Part shown: positions 18,860-27,823 of the stretch, piece by piece | How positions within the stretch are numbered: the first letter of the stretch is position 1 | Layout of the letters: each line of letters opens with the position of its first letter | Sequence record: KJ190158 | From: Escherichia phage FFH2 | Direction: 5' to 3' (one strand) | Length of the DNA stretch: 64,000 nt | The notes under the pieces: generated by a model | The model's input: only the letters and a program-made list of their open reading frames with translations | Database searches by the model: none | What the model was told of the DNA's origin: nothing | Position numbers and translations under genes: made by a program

Positions 18860-19401
18860 CAGGTATGCTTCTGATTAACTGGGAAGACCTCTATGGGGAC
18901 AAAGACCCTGTTGCGTTTGTTGATCGTAGATGGAGATACACTGAAGAACAACTGGCTGCAAAAAATTTAACTGCGAAACGCAGAAAGATCATCCAGTGCA
19001 AGTACAAATACGCACAATTTGCTGCAAAAGTGTCTCCACAAATCGAGAGTTTTGTACTTAAATTGTATGACGAATACCTCAAGTTCAAATTGGATTTTGT
19101 ACAGGTGTACCGTGCACAGGTACGCCCAGATACCAACATATGTAGATGGAAGGTTGTTTGTGACGGTAAAGATTTGCCGCTCAGCTTGACAATTGAGTGG
19201 CGTTATGGGTATCATGAGTGTGGTCTGTATGATACTTGGGATGTCATTGTAGATCCTGCTAAGTACCTGAACACAGAGGAGCTGGAATATATCAATAAGG
19301 TTATTCTCGATATGTTTTTCAGATACACCCGTGAAAACTCTGAGAAAGAACGGGATGATTTTCTTGACACCATCAGCAACCATCTGCAGTATACAATTTA
19401 A
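18856..19401 (+). CDS. hypothetical protein (181 aa)
   Basis: ORF. Confidence 0.45.
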   Translation: MTGMLLINWEDLYGDKDPVAFVDRRWRYTEEQLAAKNLTAKRRKIIQCKYKYAQFAAKVSPQIESFVLKLYDEYLKFKLDFVQVYRAQVRPDTNICRWKVVCDGKDLPLSLTIEWRYGYHECGLYDTWDVIVDPAKYLNTEELEYINKVILDMFFRYTRENSEKERDDFLDTISNHLQYTI

Positions 19402-19419
19402 CCTACAAAGGGAGGGCTA

Positions 19420-19644
19420 ATGAGTATAAATGTTGTGCTAATAGGCTACCTGGTAATAGCCGTTATAACAGCGGTATTCTTGACAGGTATATGCATCGTG
19501 TCTAGACGAAAGGTGAAGTTTGATGATTTTATCACCATCATCACTGCTGCACCTTTTTGGCCTATTGTTATCTTCATCGTAATAATGTGCCTAGTTGATT
19601 ACTACAAGAATATTCGTAAGGAGAAAAAGGAGAGTAGGGATTGA
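19420..19644 (+). CDS. small membrane protein (2 predicted TM helices)
   Basis: Hydrophobic segments IGYLVIAVITAVFL and WPIVIFIVIMCLV. Confidence 0.45.
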   Translation: MSINVVLIGYLVIAVITAVFLTGICIVSRRKVKFDDFITIITAAPFWPIVIFIVIMCLVDYYKNIRKEKKESRD

Positions 19645-19875
19645 GACCGCACCTAAAACTGTTTATACTGTTCTTAAAGAGATTGCGTTCTACGCAGATC
19701 TTAGCCAGGCACCTTTATGGGAAAAGAGCATGTATTTAAAATGGTGCGTTAATTTAGGGAGACCTTCCAGTGTTTCAAGCCATGTTTATTGAGATGCTAT
19801 CTGGGGTATTGTTACTGGTAGCCATCTTAGGTGGTGCAGTTCTGATGTATAACTATCTTGAAAAAGGAGACAGCA

Positions 19876-20061
19876 ATGGCAAAAAATAAATCTTTAGAGC
19901 AGGCTGAAAACCTTCTCCACGAGCTGGTAAAGGAGTGGAAAGTTGAATACTCAGATTTTAATGCACGAGAGGGTGAAGATTATTGGCCTACGGAGCGCTC
20001 AGAGGGCGAATGGTATCAAGATTTTATAGAGTGGTTATATCAGACGTGCGATGAGGGGTGA
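19876..20061 (+). CDS. hypothetical acidic protein (start ATG 19876)
   Basis: aaaggagacagca RBS. A 35-aa hydrophobic peptide ORF (19783-19890) overlaps upstream. Confidence 0.4.
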   Translation: MAKNKSLEQAENLLHELVKEWKVEYSDFNAREGEDYWPTERSEGEWYQDFIEWLYQTCDEG

Positions 20062-20519
20062 CGATGTTTGTTAAATATGTAAAAACGTGCCTCAACAGTC
20101 TTGGCAGAGAGCATTGGTACACCTTACTTGAAAAAGGAGAAATTTTAACAAAATCTGGAAAGATAACTTTGATACCCTTGGACGATAAAGACCCGTCACT
20201 CCTTGTCATAGATGATTACGTTACAGGTGTGTCGTACGAGGTCTCTGTGGAGAGGTTAATACGCAGAGCTGGCGGCCCTTGTGATCAAAGAGAGTATGTT
20301 TTCGATTCCGTTACAGAGAGGGATCATCCGTCTTTAATGTTCAGGATGGTAATCAGGGATATGAGGTCATCTATAGATAGGATCGTAAAGGACATTAAGG
20401 AACCTTTTAGGGTAAAAGTTAAGAAGTTTTTTGATTCTAAGATTAACATACTTGCTGTTGTGCTAGGCGTAATTCAACTTCTGTTAATTTTGCACTATTT
20501 TGAACTGTTGTTTAAGTAG
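20058..20519 (+). CDS. hypothetical protein with C-terminal TM helix
   Basis: ORF; C-terminal ILAVVLGVIQLLLIL. Confidence 0.45.
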   Translation: MTMFVKYVKTCLNSLGREHWYTLLEKGEILTKSGKITLIPLDDKDPSLLVIDDYVTGVSYEVSVERLIRRAGGPCDQREYVFDSVTERDHPSLMFRMVIRDMRSSIDRIVKDIKEPFRVKVKKFFDSKINILAVVLGVIQLLLILHYFELLFK

Positions 20520-20579
20520 TGTGCAACAAGGCACAAAGGATGTGCCATAATTAAACAAATTAAGAAAGAGGTAGAGAGA

Positions 20580-20927
20580 ATGTCAAAGATTAAATCGATA
20601 TTAATGTGGGTAGCTGTTGTGGCTTTTGTAGGATACTGGACTTGGGAAACTGAATTAAAAGATATCGGATATACCAGTCTTGAGAGCAAGGCATGCATTG
20701 GCATAACCGATGCATTCAGGCAAAATGCTATGGATCACGAATGTGTCGATGCAGATATAGATGAGAAACTGTCTAAGGACAAGGATTTTTACCATGGTCA
20801 TGCCTTGCTTGATAGTGGTGACACTGTAGAATTCTGGTCGTGGTTCCGTGAAGATGGAACAATAAAGACAGCAGTAAAGATTTCCAACAAAGAGTTAATG
20901 CTGTTGCAGCAGAAGGAGGTGCAATGA
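20580..20927 (+). CDS. hypothetical protein with N-terminal TM/signal anchor
   Basis: N-terminal ILMWVAVVAFVGYW. Confidence 0.45.
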   Translation: MSKIKSILMWVAVVAFVGYWTWETELKDIGYTSLESKACIGITDAFRQNAMDHECVDADIDEKLSKDKDFYHGHALLDSGDTVEFWSWFREDGTIKTAVKISNKELMLLQQKEVQ

Positions 20928-21211
20928 TTTGGATATCCTACACTGATGGCACCATGCTGTATACTGCAGGTACTAGGTATGAAGTTCAGGAGGACGATAA
21001 AAAATTTATCGTAAAAACATTTGACAAGGACGACAACCTTTTGTTAGAATTGACTTACAAGGTTGGGGAGGTATCTAGCATCCAATTGGATTGCGGTCAT
21101 AAAGATAACCCGCTCAAGAAACCTGGGGTAGGTAAAGCTTCAGAAGAACGCCTGTCTCGTATTGCAGAAAGCGTTTCTGCACAAAAATCTAAGAAGAGGA
21201 TTAGAAAATGA
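20924..21211 (+). CDS. hypothetical protein
   Basis: ORF coupled. Confidence 0.4.
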   Translation: MIWISYTDGTMLYTAGTRYEVQEDDKKFIVKTFDKDDNLLLELTYKVGEVSSIQLDCGHKDNPLKKPGVGKASEERLSRIAESVSAQKSKKRIRK

Positions 21212-21408
21212 GTGACAAAATTCTTAAATTTAATACCTACTATGAGAATGATTTGAACGATCTGTATTATATAGTGCGTAGCGAAAACCCAAATGTAGTA
21301 CTGTTTTGCCGAGAACCTTTCAAAAAAGAGGAGATTGAATCTACCATGGATGTGGATCAGATTTCACACCTGCTGCTCCTTGGATCATTAAAAGAGGCAG
21401 TATTCTAA
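21208..21408 (+). CDS. hypothetical protein
   Basis: ORF coupled. Confidence 0.4.
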   Translation: MSDKILKFNTYYENDLNDLYYIVRSENPNVVLFCREPFKKEEIESTMDVDQISHLLLLGSLKEAVF

Positions 21409-21427
21409 ACCAGGATGGAGGGTTTTT

Positions 21428-21613
21428 ATGAAGCACTATTGTCTGTCTGGTAGAATGGGTGCAGATTGTGATTGGGTTTTCTTAAAACTTGTCAGCATTC
21501 GAGAGTCCATTTCAGAGGAAGAGCAAGAAAGTGAGCTAATGTCCTGGATCAACCATTACGGTAACACTTTTCGGCATGTTAAGGTAGAAGAGTTGCCAAG
21601 TGAGGCTGATTGA
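21428..21613 (+). CDS. hypothetical protein
   Basis: ORF. Confidence 0.35.
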   Translation: MKHYCLSGRMGADCDWVFLKLVSIRESISEEEQESELMSWINHYGNTFRHVKVEELPSEAD

Positions 21614-21708
21614 CTATGATTGCATCAATATTAACGTTTATGGGTGGCGTGGCATTCGGATTCATTGTTTGCCTGTTTATAGTGATTATGTCTATGCGAG
21701 GCTGAATT

Positions 21709-22005
21709 ATGAAACTTTTTGAGTGGTTTAAAAAGTTTAAATATAAAGCTGTAGCCATCGTGCCGTGGTCCATTCAGTGGGTTGATGAAGGTGGTCTACC
21801 AATACCTGGTGACAAAGATACTGGGTACTGGATTATGATGGAGAACGGGTTTGGAAAGCGAAAGTATACGTGCACAAACTCTACTCGATCTGCGCTTAAT
21901 AGAGTGCCTGGTTACAAACTTATGGTTGTGTGGAAAATGTCAGGCGTGCCTCCAGCTAATGCTCAATTTCTTACTGACAATCCGACCACGGTAGAGGAAG
22001 ATTGA
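21709..22005 (+). CDS. hypothetical protein
   Basis: ORF. A 29-aa hydrophobic peptide ORF (21616-21705) precedes it. Confidence 0.4.
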   Translation: MKLFEWFKKFKYKAVAIVPWSIQWVDEGGLPIPGDKDTGYWIMMENGFGKRKYTCTNSTRSALNRVPGYKLMVVWKMSGVPPANAQFLTDNPTTVEED

Positions 22006-22289
22006 TAATGAAAAAGATTAACAGTGGTGAAGTTGAGTTTAAACTTGTCGGGAAAGGCACTTACTGGGAAGTTCGTCAAAAGGTATATTTGTTCGGTCTT
22101 ATTCCCTATTGGTCTAAATTCTACTGGGGAGCTAACGAGTGGGGAAGATACGCCACCAAATCAATGGCACTTATTGGTATAGCAGAGTACATTGCAGCCA
22201 GAGATAGGGTTGGAGACACTTATTACTATACTGCGGACGATATTCGTAACAGTGTTTACGTCCCACAACCACCTGATGGAGACCGTTGA
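22002..22289 (+). CDS. hypothetical protein
   Basis: ORF coupled. Confidence 0.4.
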   Translation: MIMKKINSGEVEFKLVGKGTYWEVRQKVYLFGLIPYWSKFYWGANEWGRYATKSMALIGIAEYIAARDRVGDTYYYTADDIRNSVYVPQPPDGDR

Positions 22290-22513
22290 TGAAAGTTAAA
22301 GTTTTAGATTCAAGCTTCTATATTGGTCAGGAGCCTTTAGTAGGAAAAGTGTTTACTGCTGTCCCTAACGAAGATTACCCTGACCTTTTAAAAATAAAAG
22401 GAGCAGATCTTATTGCCGCTGGTGCATCTCAGGAATGCTTTGACAGTCAGTGGACCTACAACTTTGCCCTAGGTGAGGATGTAGAGGTAGTGGAGGACGA
22501 TCATGAAGGTTAA
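22286..22513 (+). CDS. small acidic protein, MKVK-family paralog 2
   Basis: MKVKVLDSSFYIGQ... LIAAGA ... VEVVEDD. Confidence 0.5.
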   Translation: MMKVKVLDSSFYIGQEPLVGKVFTAVPNEDYPDLLKIKGADLIAAGASQECFDSQWTYNFALGEDVEVVEDDHEG

Positions 22514-22757
22514 AATTCTTGATTCTAACGTCTACTTGGGACAATCCTTCCTGAATGGAAAGGTCGTTCCTGCGGTATACTTTGAAGGGTTGCCGTGGGA
22601 TGATCCTGTGCGGCAACATCACAGTTATGTAGGCCACAACGTGGTGTTTATCTTGGGATCAGACCTGATCACCGCTGGTGCACCTGAATATTATTTCGGG
22701 GAAGAGTCCTACTATGCCTTTGGGGTAGGGTCAGATGCAGATATTGTAGAGCTGTGA
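22503..22757 (+). CDS. small acidic protein, MKVK-family paralog 3
   Basis: MKVKILDSNVYLGQ... LITAGA ... DIVEL; similar to 22286. Confidence 0.5.
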   Translation: MKVKILDSNVYLGQSFLNGKVVPAVYFEGLPWDDPVRQHHSYVGHNVVFILGSDLITAGAPEYYFGEESYYAFGVGSDADIVEL

Positions 22758-22769
22758 TGGGTAACCGTT

Positions 22770-23168
22770 GTGAAAAATAAACTGTTTAAAGTTACAATGA
22801 AAATTCGCGGGGCTTGGAGCGTAAAGCAAGGGCGTATTCCAGAATTTGAGAAAGACTTCTACGTAGTCTCCACCTCGGAGGAGGCTGCATGCTGGCAGGC
22901 TGGCTATGCCTATGCAAGAACCTGGTACGAAGGGTACCAGACTGGGGGCTATGACGGAGAAATTATCAGCAAGGGTGTAGAAGAAATTAATGTGTTGACA
23001 AGTGAAAAAGTTTTTGTTATAGTGCATCCAGATTCCAGAGTGAAGCATTACTGGAATGCCAGAACAAAAACTTGGACACCGTTTGCAGATTCTGCTACGC
23101 CACTTTTAAACCAGAAAGCTCTTGACTCTGCCCCAAGTTATGGGGTTGTTGAAGAAAAGCTAAACTGA
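22770..23168 (+). CDS. hypothetical protein; paralog of 24975-25370
   Basis: Shared VIVHPDSRVKHYWNARTKTWTP / VMRHPHSNIAYYWDVLNNEWTP block. Confidence 0.45.
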   Translation: MKNKLFKVTMKIRGAWSVKQGRIPEFEKDFYVVSTSEEAACWQAGYAYARTWYEGYQTGGYDGEIISKGVEEINVLTSEKVFVIVHPDSRVKHYWNARTKTWTPFADSATPLLNQKALDSAPSYGVVEEKLN

Positions 23169-23185
23169 AACAGTGAGGTGTCACC

Positions 23186-23476
23186 ATGATGGATTTAATT
23201 CTAAATATTGATAACGCAGGAGAGTTTAAAGACGATGGTGTAACAAGCATGGACAAACCCTGCTCTGCTAAGGTTGACTCAAAATGGACCTACAAGTTTG
23301 ACGGAGAGATCTTCGCAAATGATGAGAAGGTTGTAGATGCTGCAGCCATTTTAAACGCTCTAGGGTACGACCCTGTGAATTCTTTGATCAAGGATCCTGT
23401 TGAGTTTGCAGAGTATGTTCGAAAAATGGCAGATCTTGCTGTGGATATTTTAAAAACTATCGACAACAAGCTGTAA
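23186..23476 (+). CDS. hypothetical protein
   Basis: ORF with gaggtgtcacc RBS. Confidence 0.4.
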   Translation: MMDLILNIDNAGEFKDDGVTSMDKPCSAKVDSKWTYKFDGEIFANDEKVVDAAAILNALGYDPVNSLIKDPVEFAEYVRKMADLAVDILKTIDNKL

Positions 23477-23482
23477 AAACTG

Positions 23483-23511
23483 TTGACACAACGCTTCAGA
23501 TTTAGTATCAT
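23483..23511 (+). promoter_or_regulatory. sigma70 promoter (TTGACA-17-TATCAT) followed by stem-loop 23520-23540
   Basis: Consensus -35. Hairpin aagagggtttggttccctctt lies between the promoter and the HPF gene. Confidence 0.55.
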
Positions 23512-23558
23512 TGTTTTCAAAGAGGGTTTGGTTCCCTCTTCTTTAAAAGGAACACGTT

Positions 23559-23876
23559 ATGCAAATTGAAATCACTGGCAACGTAGAAATCACTGAAGGT
23601 ATGGTGTCTTTCATTTCCCACAAAATGTCTAAGCTGGAGCGTTTGCACCCCTCTGCCAACTATGCACGTGTGAGTGTAAAAGTTGAAAATGATCACCAGG
23701 AAGTTATGGCGCTCATTTTTGACAATTCTGGAAAAGAAGTTATTGCCAGGGCTAAAGGTAGTGATGCTTACGAGGCAACTGACCGTATGGTAGATGTTGC
23801 AGCACGTCAGCTGGCTAAATGCGGTGGAAAGAAAGGTAAGGGGAAAGGCAAAGTAAAGATTGACTTTGGAGAATGA
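23559..23876 (+). CDS. hpf: ribosome hibernation promoting factor / RaiA (YfiA) homolog
   Basis: MQIEITGNVEITEGM...KLERLHP...VKVE...GKEVIARAKGSDAYEATDRMVDVAARQLAK aligns with the bacterial HPF/RaiA signature (MQLNITG..EIT..L.., A.G.D.Y.AID...DKL.RQL.K). Confidence 0.75.
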   Translation: MQIEITGNVEITEGMVSFISHKMSKLERLHPSANYARVSVKVENDHQEVMALIFDNSGKEVIARAKGSDAYEATDRMVDVAARQLAKCGGKKGKGKGKVKIDFGE

Positions 23877-24013
23877 GGTGCTACAATGGGCGTGATTAAG
23901 AAACTAGTCCCAAATGTAGAGATTGCATGCTTTGAAATTATGTTTGCAATCGCAGTTGTAGTTAATGTGTTAGGTTACGGCTATTAATATCAAATAATTG
24001 AGGAGACCTCTAA

Positions 24014-24283
24014 ATGAAAATTAAATTATTCAAAACTGAGCTGGCAGACAAAAACTGTGGACTGGTTGAAGGCATGATTGTCGAAGCACGACCAGTTGAC
24101 TATATGAAGGTGGTTCGTGATGCCCTGGGTGAAGGTTTTGATCTGATGGAGCCAGCTCTGCGAGAAGATGTTATCGAGATGGCTAAAAAGCACACACCTG
24201 AAGGAATGGTGGTGTTTGTTGCACCAGGTAACGGAGAAGAGTTGATTGTAACTCCGGATGTGTATGAGATTGTAGAGGAATAA
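24014..24283 (+). CDS. small acidic protein, MKxK-family paralog 4
   Basis: MKIKLF... C-terminal YEIVEE. Confidence 0.45.
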   Translation: MKIKLFKTELADKNCGLVEGMIVEARPVDYMKVVRDALGEGFDLMEPALREDVIEMAKKHTPEGMVVFVAPGNGEELIVTPDVYEIVEE

Positions 24284-24374
24284 TCCTGCTTGGATTAGCA
24301 TACTTCCTCGACAAGGAAGGTTTGTAATTATTTGTGGGAAAGGAATCCCAATCTCTTACCATAGGTGATACTAT

Positions 24375-24638
24375 ATGATTGTTTATTTTAAAACTTCAGG
24401 TGGATACCCTGATTCTCAAAGCTTGATCGGAAAAACGTGCACAGCATACTCACCTCTTGATGAGGAGGTAGGCGATATTCTACGAAATATGTATCGGATT
24501 GATCCCCAAGAAGCCTTTGATCAAAACCTTGTATTTGTCAAGGGCTCAGACATGAAGTCTTTGGGAGCATTCCCTGAAGCAGATGATGATGCCGTTTATT
24601 CGTTCATGACCCCTTTTGAAGCTATGGTTGTCGGGTGA
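24375..24638 (+). CDS. small acidic protein, family paralog 5
   Basis: YFKTSGGYPDSQSLIGK...; acidic; family-like. Confidence 0.4.
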   Translation: MIVYFKTSGGYPDSQSLIGKTCTAYSPLDEEVGDILRNMYRIDPQEAFDQNLVFVKGSDMKSLGAFPEADDDAVYSFMTPFEAMVVG

Positions 24639-24642
24639 TAAT

Positions 24643-24975
24643 ATGAAAGTACGCTTTATTGGTGAAACAATTCCTGTGCATCTCCGGTCGCCTGAAGATT
24701 CTGCAGATCTTGCATCTCAGAAGGCGAGAGGTTATGATAAGAAAGTAATCTCAACCGATGTAGAACTTGAGGCTACTAGTCTACCTGACCCTGCTGCATT
24801 CTTTAATCATTATGGATACTATTTCAGCAATCTGATGAATATCGGTGAGCTTGTGTTTATTAGTGGTGGAGAAATTGTTAGCAAGCTTGGCGGCGATCCG
24901 GATGTCTTTCATGAAACCTGTCCTTTTGCATTTGTGGTAGGTTCAGATGTGGAAGTTATTGAGGAGGTGCGGTAA
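24643..24975 (+). CDS. small acidic protein, family paralog 6 (start MKVRFIG)
   Basis: C-terminal VEVIEEVR. ATG 24643 preferred over 24616. Confidence 0.45.
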   Translation: MKVRFIGETIPVHLRSPEDSADLASQKARGYDKKVISTDVELEATSLPDPAAFFNHYGYYFSNLMNIGELVFISGGEIVSKLGGDPDVFHETCPFAFVVGSDVEVIEEVR

Positions 24976-25370
24976 TGGTAAGCCTATACCGTGTTGAGTA
25001 TAGCTCAGATACTGTGTACAACGTAAGAAGCAAAGATCGCAGCGACAGAGTGCAAGAAATGTATGTTCTTGCCGACAGTCCGTTATCTGCAGCGTTCAAG
25101 GCAGGGGCTCTTGCATCTCGTTGGAAATTTGAAGGCGGATCTTTCTATGAAGAAACCCTTGAAGATTCTGTTGTTATTTCTTCTGTAGAGGTTTCAGATG
25201 ACTACGAAGGGAAAAAGTTCGTAATGCGGCACCCACACAGCAACATTGCGTACTACTGGGATGTTCTGAACAACGAGTGGACCCCAGATCTTCAGAAGGC
25301 TACTGTGCTAACACCGTTTTTGGCAGATAAGTTCCCACCAGAAGGTAATTTATCCGCACTGTTTCAGTAA
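24975..25370 (+). CDS. hypothetical protein; paralog of 22770-23168
   Basis: Shared HP.S...YW.....WTP block. Confidence 0.45.
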   Translation: MVSLYRVEYSSDTVYNVRSKDRSDRVQEMYVLADSPLSAAFKAGALASRWKFEGGSFYEETLEDSVVISSVEVSDDYEGKKFVMRHPHSNIAYYWDVLNNEWTPDLQKATVLTPFLADKFPPEGNLSALFQ

Positions 25371-25387
25371 TTTTCTTGCACACAGGT

Positions 25388-25416
25388 GTTGACAACACCA
25401 ACCCTGTGTGAAATAA
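25388..25416 (+). promoter_or_regulatory. sigma70 promoter (TTGACA-17-AATAAT)
   Basis: Consensus -35 embedded in the imperfect palindrome cacaggtg..ccctgtgtg. Confidence 0.45.
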
Positions 25417-25446
25417 TACCTTCATCTTAACAAGACGGGAGACTGA

Positions 25447-25707
25447 TTGATGAAGATTAAACTGAAAAACCTTGAAATGGCAGAGATTCAGGATGGTGTT
25501 GATTTCCGCTCTAAAGATGGTGACATCTTAGAGGTAAATCTTCCAACCTACGAGCTGATTAAAGGTTTTGGCAACGTTCAGGAAGAGGATATTCCAGAAA
25601 TTCTTATGATGTTGATTCTTGACGGAACTGTGTTTGTAGGTGAAGGTGAGAACGCTATTGCAATCCCAGGCCATTTTTATGAAGTAGTTGACGAAGAGGT
25701 GCTGTAA
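25447..25707 (+). CDS. small acidic protein, family paralog 7
   Basis: MMKIKLKNLE... C-terminal EVVDEEVL. Confidence 0.45.
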   Translation: MMKIKLKNLEMAEIQDGVDFRSKDGDILEVNLPTYELIKGFGNVQEEDIPEILMMLILDGTVFVGEGENAIAIPGHFYEVVDEEVL

Positions 25708-26058
25708 ATGAAAGTAGAAATTACCGGTTTTGATGTGAATGTGGTTCCGGAAGATATTTTAGCTAAACTTCCAGAAGGTTTTGGTAACGGCGTTGTGGTG
25801 GATGCTGTTCCTCCTACCAAAGACATTCTGCTGCAGTATGGTGTAGCAGAGGAAGATGTCGATAAAGTTCTTACAATGATGGCAATCGATCGTGTTGTCG
25901 TTGTTAAAGGTCTCGATAATTTTGAGAGTGATCCACTGATTATTCGTGGAGATGACTACAAAATCATCGATAATGAAGGCCAAGAGTTCTATGAGCCTTG
26001 TGCAGAAGATATTCTTAACTTATTACTGGAAGCAGGCACCGAAGAGGAGGACGAATAA
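25708..26058 (+). CDS. small acidic protein, family paralog 8
   Basis: MKVEITGFDV...; highly acidic C-terminus. Confidence 0.45.
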   Translation: MKVEITGFDVNVVPEDILAKLPEGFGNGVVVDAVPPTKDILLQYGVAEEDVDKVLTMMAIDRVVVVKGLDNFESDPLIIRGDDYKIIDNEGQEFYEPCAEDILNLLLEAGTEEEDE

Positions 26059-26387
26059 TGAAGATTGACCCGTTACTGAAGGCTCGTGCAGAAAAAGCGT
26101 ACACCATTAAGTTGACCAACTTGGTTCCTACTTGTCATCCGGATGTAGGTTGGCCCGAAGGTTTGGTGGAGGGAACTGTAACAGCTGCATACCTTCCTAA
26201 CATCAAATACCTCATGGAAATCTTGGAGCTGGATGAGGAAACGGCAGAAGAGTTCCAGTTGGACATGAAACAAAGTGGGACTCTGGTTATTCACGGGTGG
26301 TATAATACTAAAGATGCAGAAGACCCTCTGGTAACTTCTAATCTGGCATATGAAATCTTAGGGCCTTTGAACCTGGAGGAAGACTAA
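26058..26387 (+). CDS. small acidic protein, family paralog 9
   Basis: MKIDPLLK...LNLEED. Confidence 0.4.
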   Translation: MKIDPLLKARAEKAYTIKLTNLVPTCHPDVGWPEGLVEGTVTAAYLPNIKYLMEILELDEETAEEFQLDMKQSGTLVIHGWYNTKDAEDPLVTSNLAYEILGPLNLEED

Positions 26388-26674
26388 TGAAAGATCTGGT
26401 TAAGATTAAGATTAAAGATACCAATGGAGAACTCAGTCATTTTGGAATTAATGATGGTGACGAGCTGATCGCACACCTGCCTACCAAGGAGGTTGTAAGC
26501 AAAGCAGTTGCCGGAGAAGAAGCTGCAATGCAGGCTGCAGGTGTGGATGAAAACTATGTAGCTATGTGCATGTGCCGAGATCAGGTTGTTCTGTATAAAG
26601 CGTATCGACCAAACGGAGCCACGGAGTGGCTTGTATTCCGACCCGAAGGATATGAAATCTTAGAGGCACTATGA
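26387..26674 (+). CDS. small acidic protein, family paralog 10
   Basis: MKDLVKIKIKD...EILEAL. Confidence 0.4.
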   Translation: MKDLVKIKIKDTNGELSHFGINDGDELIAHLPTKEVVSKAVAGEEAAMQAAGVDENYVAMCMCRDQVVLYKAYRPNGATEWLVFRPEGYEILEAL

Positions 26675-26763
26675 TAAATCTTGCCAAGGTTGCAACGGCA
26701 CTGTTAATTATTTGCTGGTCAGTAACCTTAACACTGTGTCTTGTATTTCAGTGAGGTGCTTGT

Positions 26764-27027
26764 ATGAACATCCTGATGTGGGTTATAGCAGTGGCGTTTG
26801 TTGCATGTTTTTGCTGCTGGGTTGCGGTGAGGATTTCTGTAGCTACCCTTCGGAAGTTGGGGTTCTCAGAATGGGATATTAATATCCTTTCTTTTCGCAA
26901 TGAAACAATCTCAGCCGCCCTGCTTTGTAAGAAATTTAAGTGGGAACCTTGTGAGGTCATGAGCTATCTAAGAACAGGCGATATCCCTGAAAGATTTAAA
27001 AAAGTTCTTGACGGCAAGGATAAATGA
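26764..27027 (+). CDS. small membrane protein
   Basis: N-terminal ILMWVIAVAFVACFCCWVAV. Confidence 0.4.
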   Translation: MNILMWVIAVAFVACFCCWVAVRISVATLRKLGFSEWDINILSFRNETISAALLCKKFKWEPCEVMSYLRTGDIPERFKKVLDGKDK

Positions 27028-27182
27028 CAGTATAGTGACTAACAAGAGGTGAGGGGTGACTGATTTTACTGAAGCTTTAATGATGGCCTTGTCTGTTTTA
27101 GCGCTATCGGTGTGTTTTGGGGCGTTATTCACATCTCTGGTTAAAGTTTTACATACAGTATTATTACCCAAGGAGCGCAGTA

Positions 27183-27434
27183 ATGACGAAGATTGACTTG
27201 AATGCTGGTGATCATGTTGTTGTCAAATGCATTGGAGATTATCTTGGATTCACAATCGGCAATACTTACGAGGCGGTAGTGGCGAAGGTTTATCATGATA
27301 AAGTCCTCAGTCTTGTATTTGACTGTGATGATGACGGAGATGACCGTTACGTCTGTGAGGTGCTGGCTCGTGACGATAGTGAAGACCAGAAATTCCTGGT
27401 TATTGAACTGAACGGTATTTTTGTAGAACGTTAA
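27183..27434 (+). CDS. hypothetical acidic protein (start ATG 27183)
   Basis: aaggagcgcag RBS. A ~38-aa hydrophobic peptide ORF overlaps upstream. Confidence 0.4.
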   Translation: MTKIDLNAGDHVVVKCIGDYLGFTIGNTYEAVVAKVYHDKVLSLVFDCDDDGDDRYVCEVLARDDSEDQKFLVIELNGIFVER

Positions 27435-27462
27435 TTTAAAACAACATAAGGAGACTCTTACT

Positions 27463-27768
27463 ATGGCTAAATCTAAAGTTGAACTGTTCACCTCTCTTCC
27501 TTCTGACACTGCAGAGCGTGATCGCCTTCGCAAAACAATCGAAGAACTGGTGGAACTCCAACTTCAGATTAAAGATCTGAAAGATGCCATTAAGGATATC
27601 ATTCTCGTTGAGAAGCAGGATCACCTGTATTCTCCTAAATTCATCAAATCTCTGGTTGCTACCGAGTTTGATATTCGCTATGAGGCTGAAAAACGTCGAG
27701 CTAAAATCGAAGAAGAGGTTGAGCACATGTCCGAGGCAGACATTCTGTTCAAACGCTCTGTAGAATAA
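27463..27768 (+). CDS. hypothetical coiled-coil protein
   Basis: aaggagactctt RBS; heptad-rich sequence. Confidence 0.45.
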   Translation: MAKSKVELFTSLPSDTAERDRLRKTIEELVELQLQIKDLKDAIKDIILVEKQDHLYSPKFIKSLVATEFDIRYEAEKRRAKIEEEVEHMSEADILFKRSVE

Positions 27769-27773
27769 TGACA

Positions 27774-27803
27774 AAGAGGGGGGCTTGGGCCCCTCTTTTT
27801 ACT
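27774..27803 (+). terminator. rho-independent terminator
   Basis: aagaggggggcttgggcccctctttttact. Confidence 0.65.
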
Positions 27804-27823
27804 ATCTATGGAGGAGATTTAAG

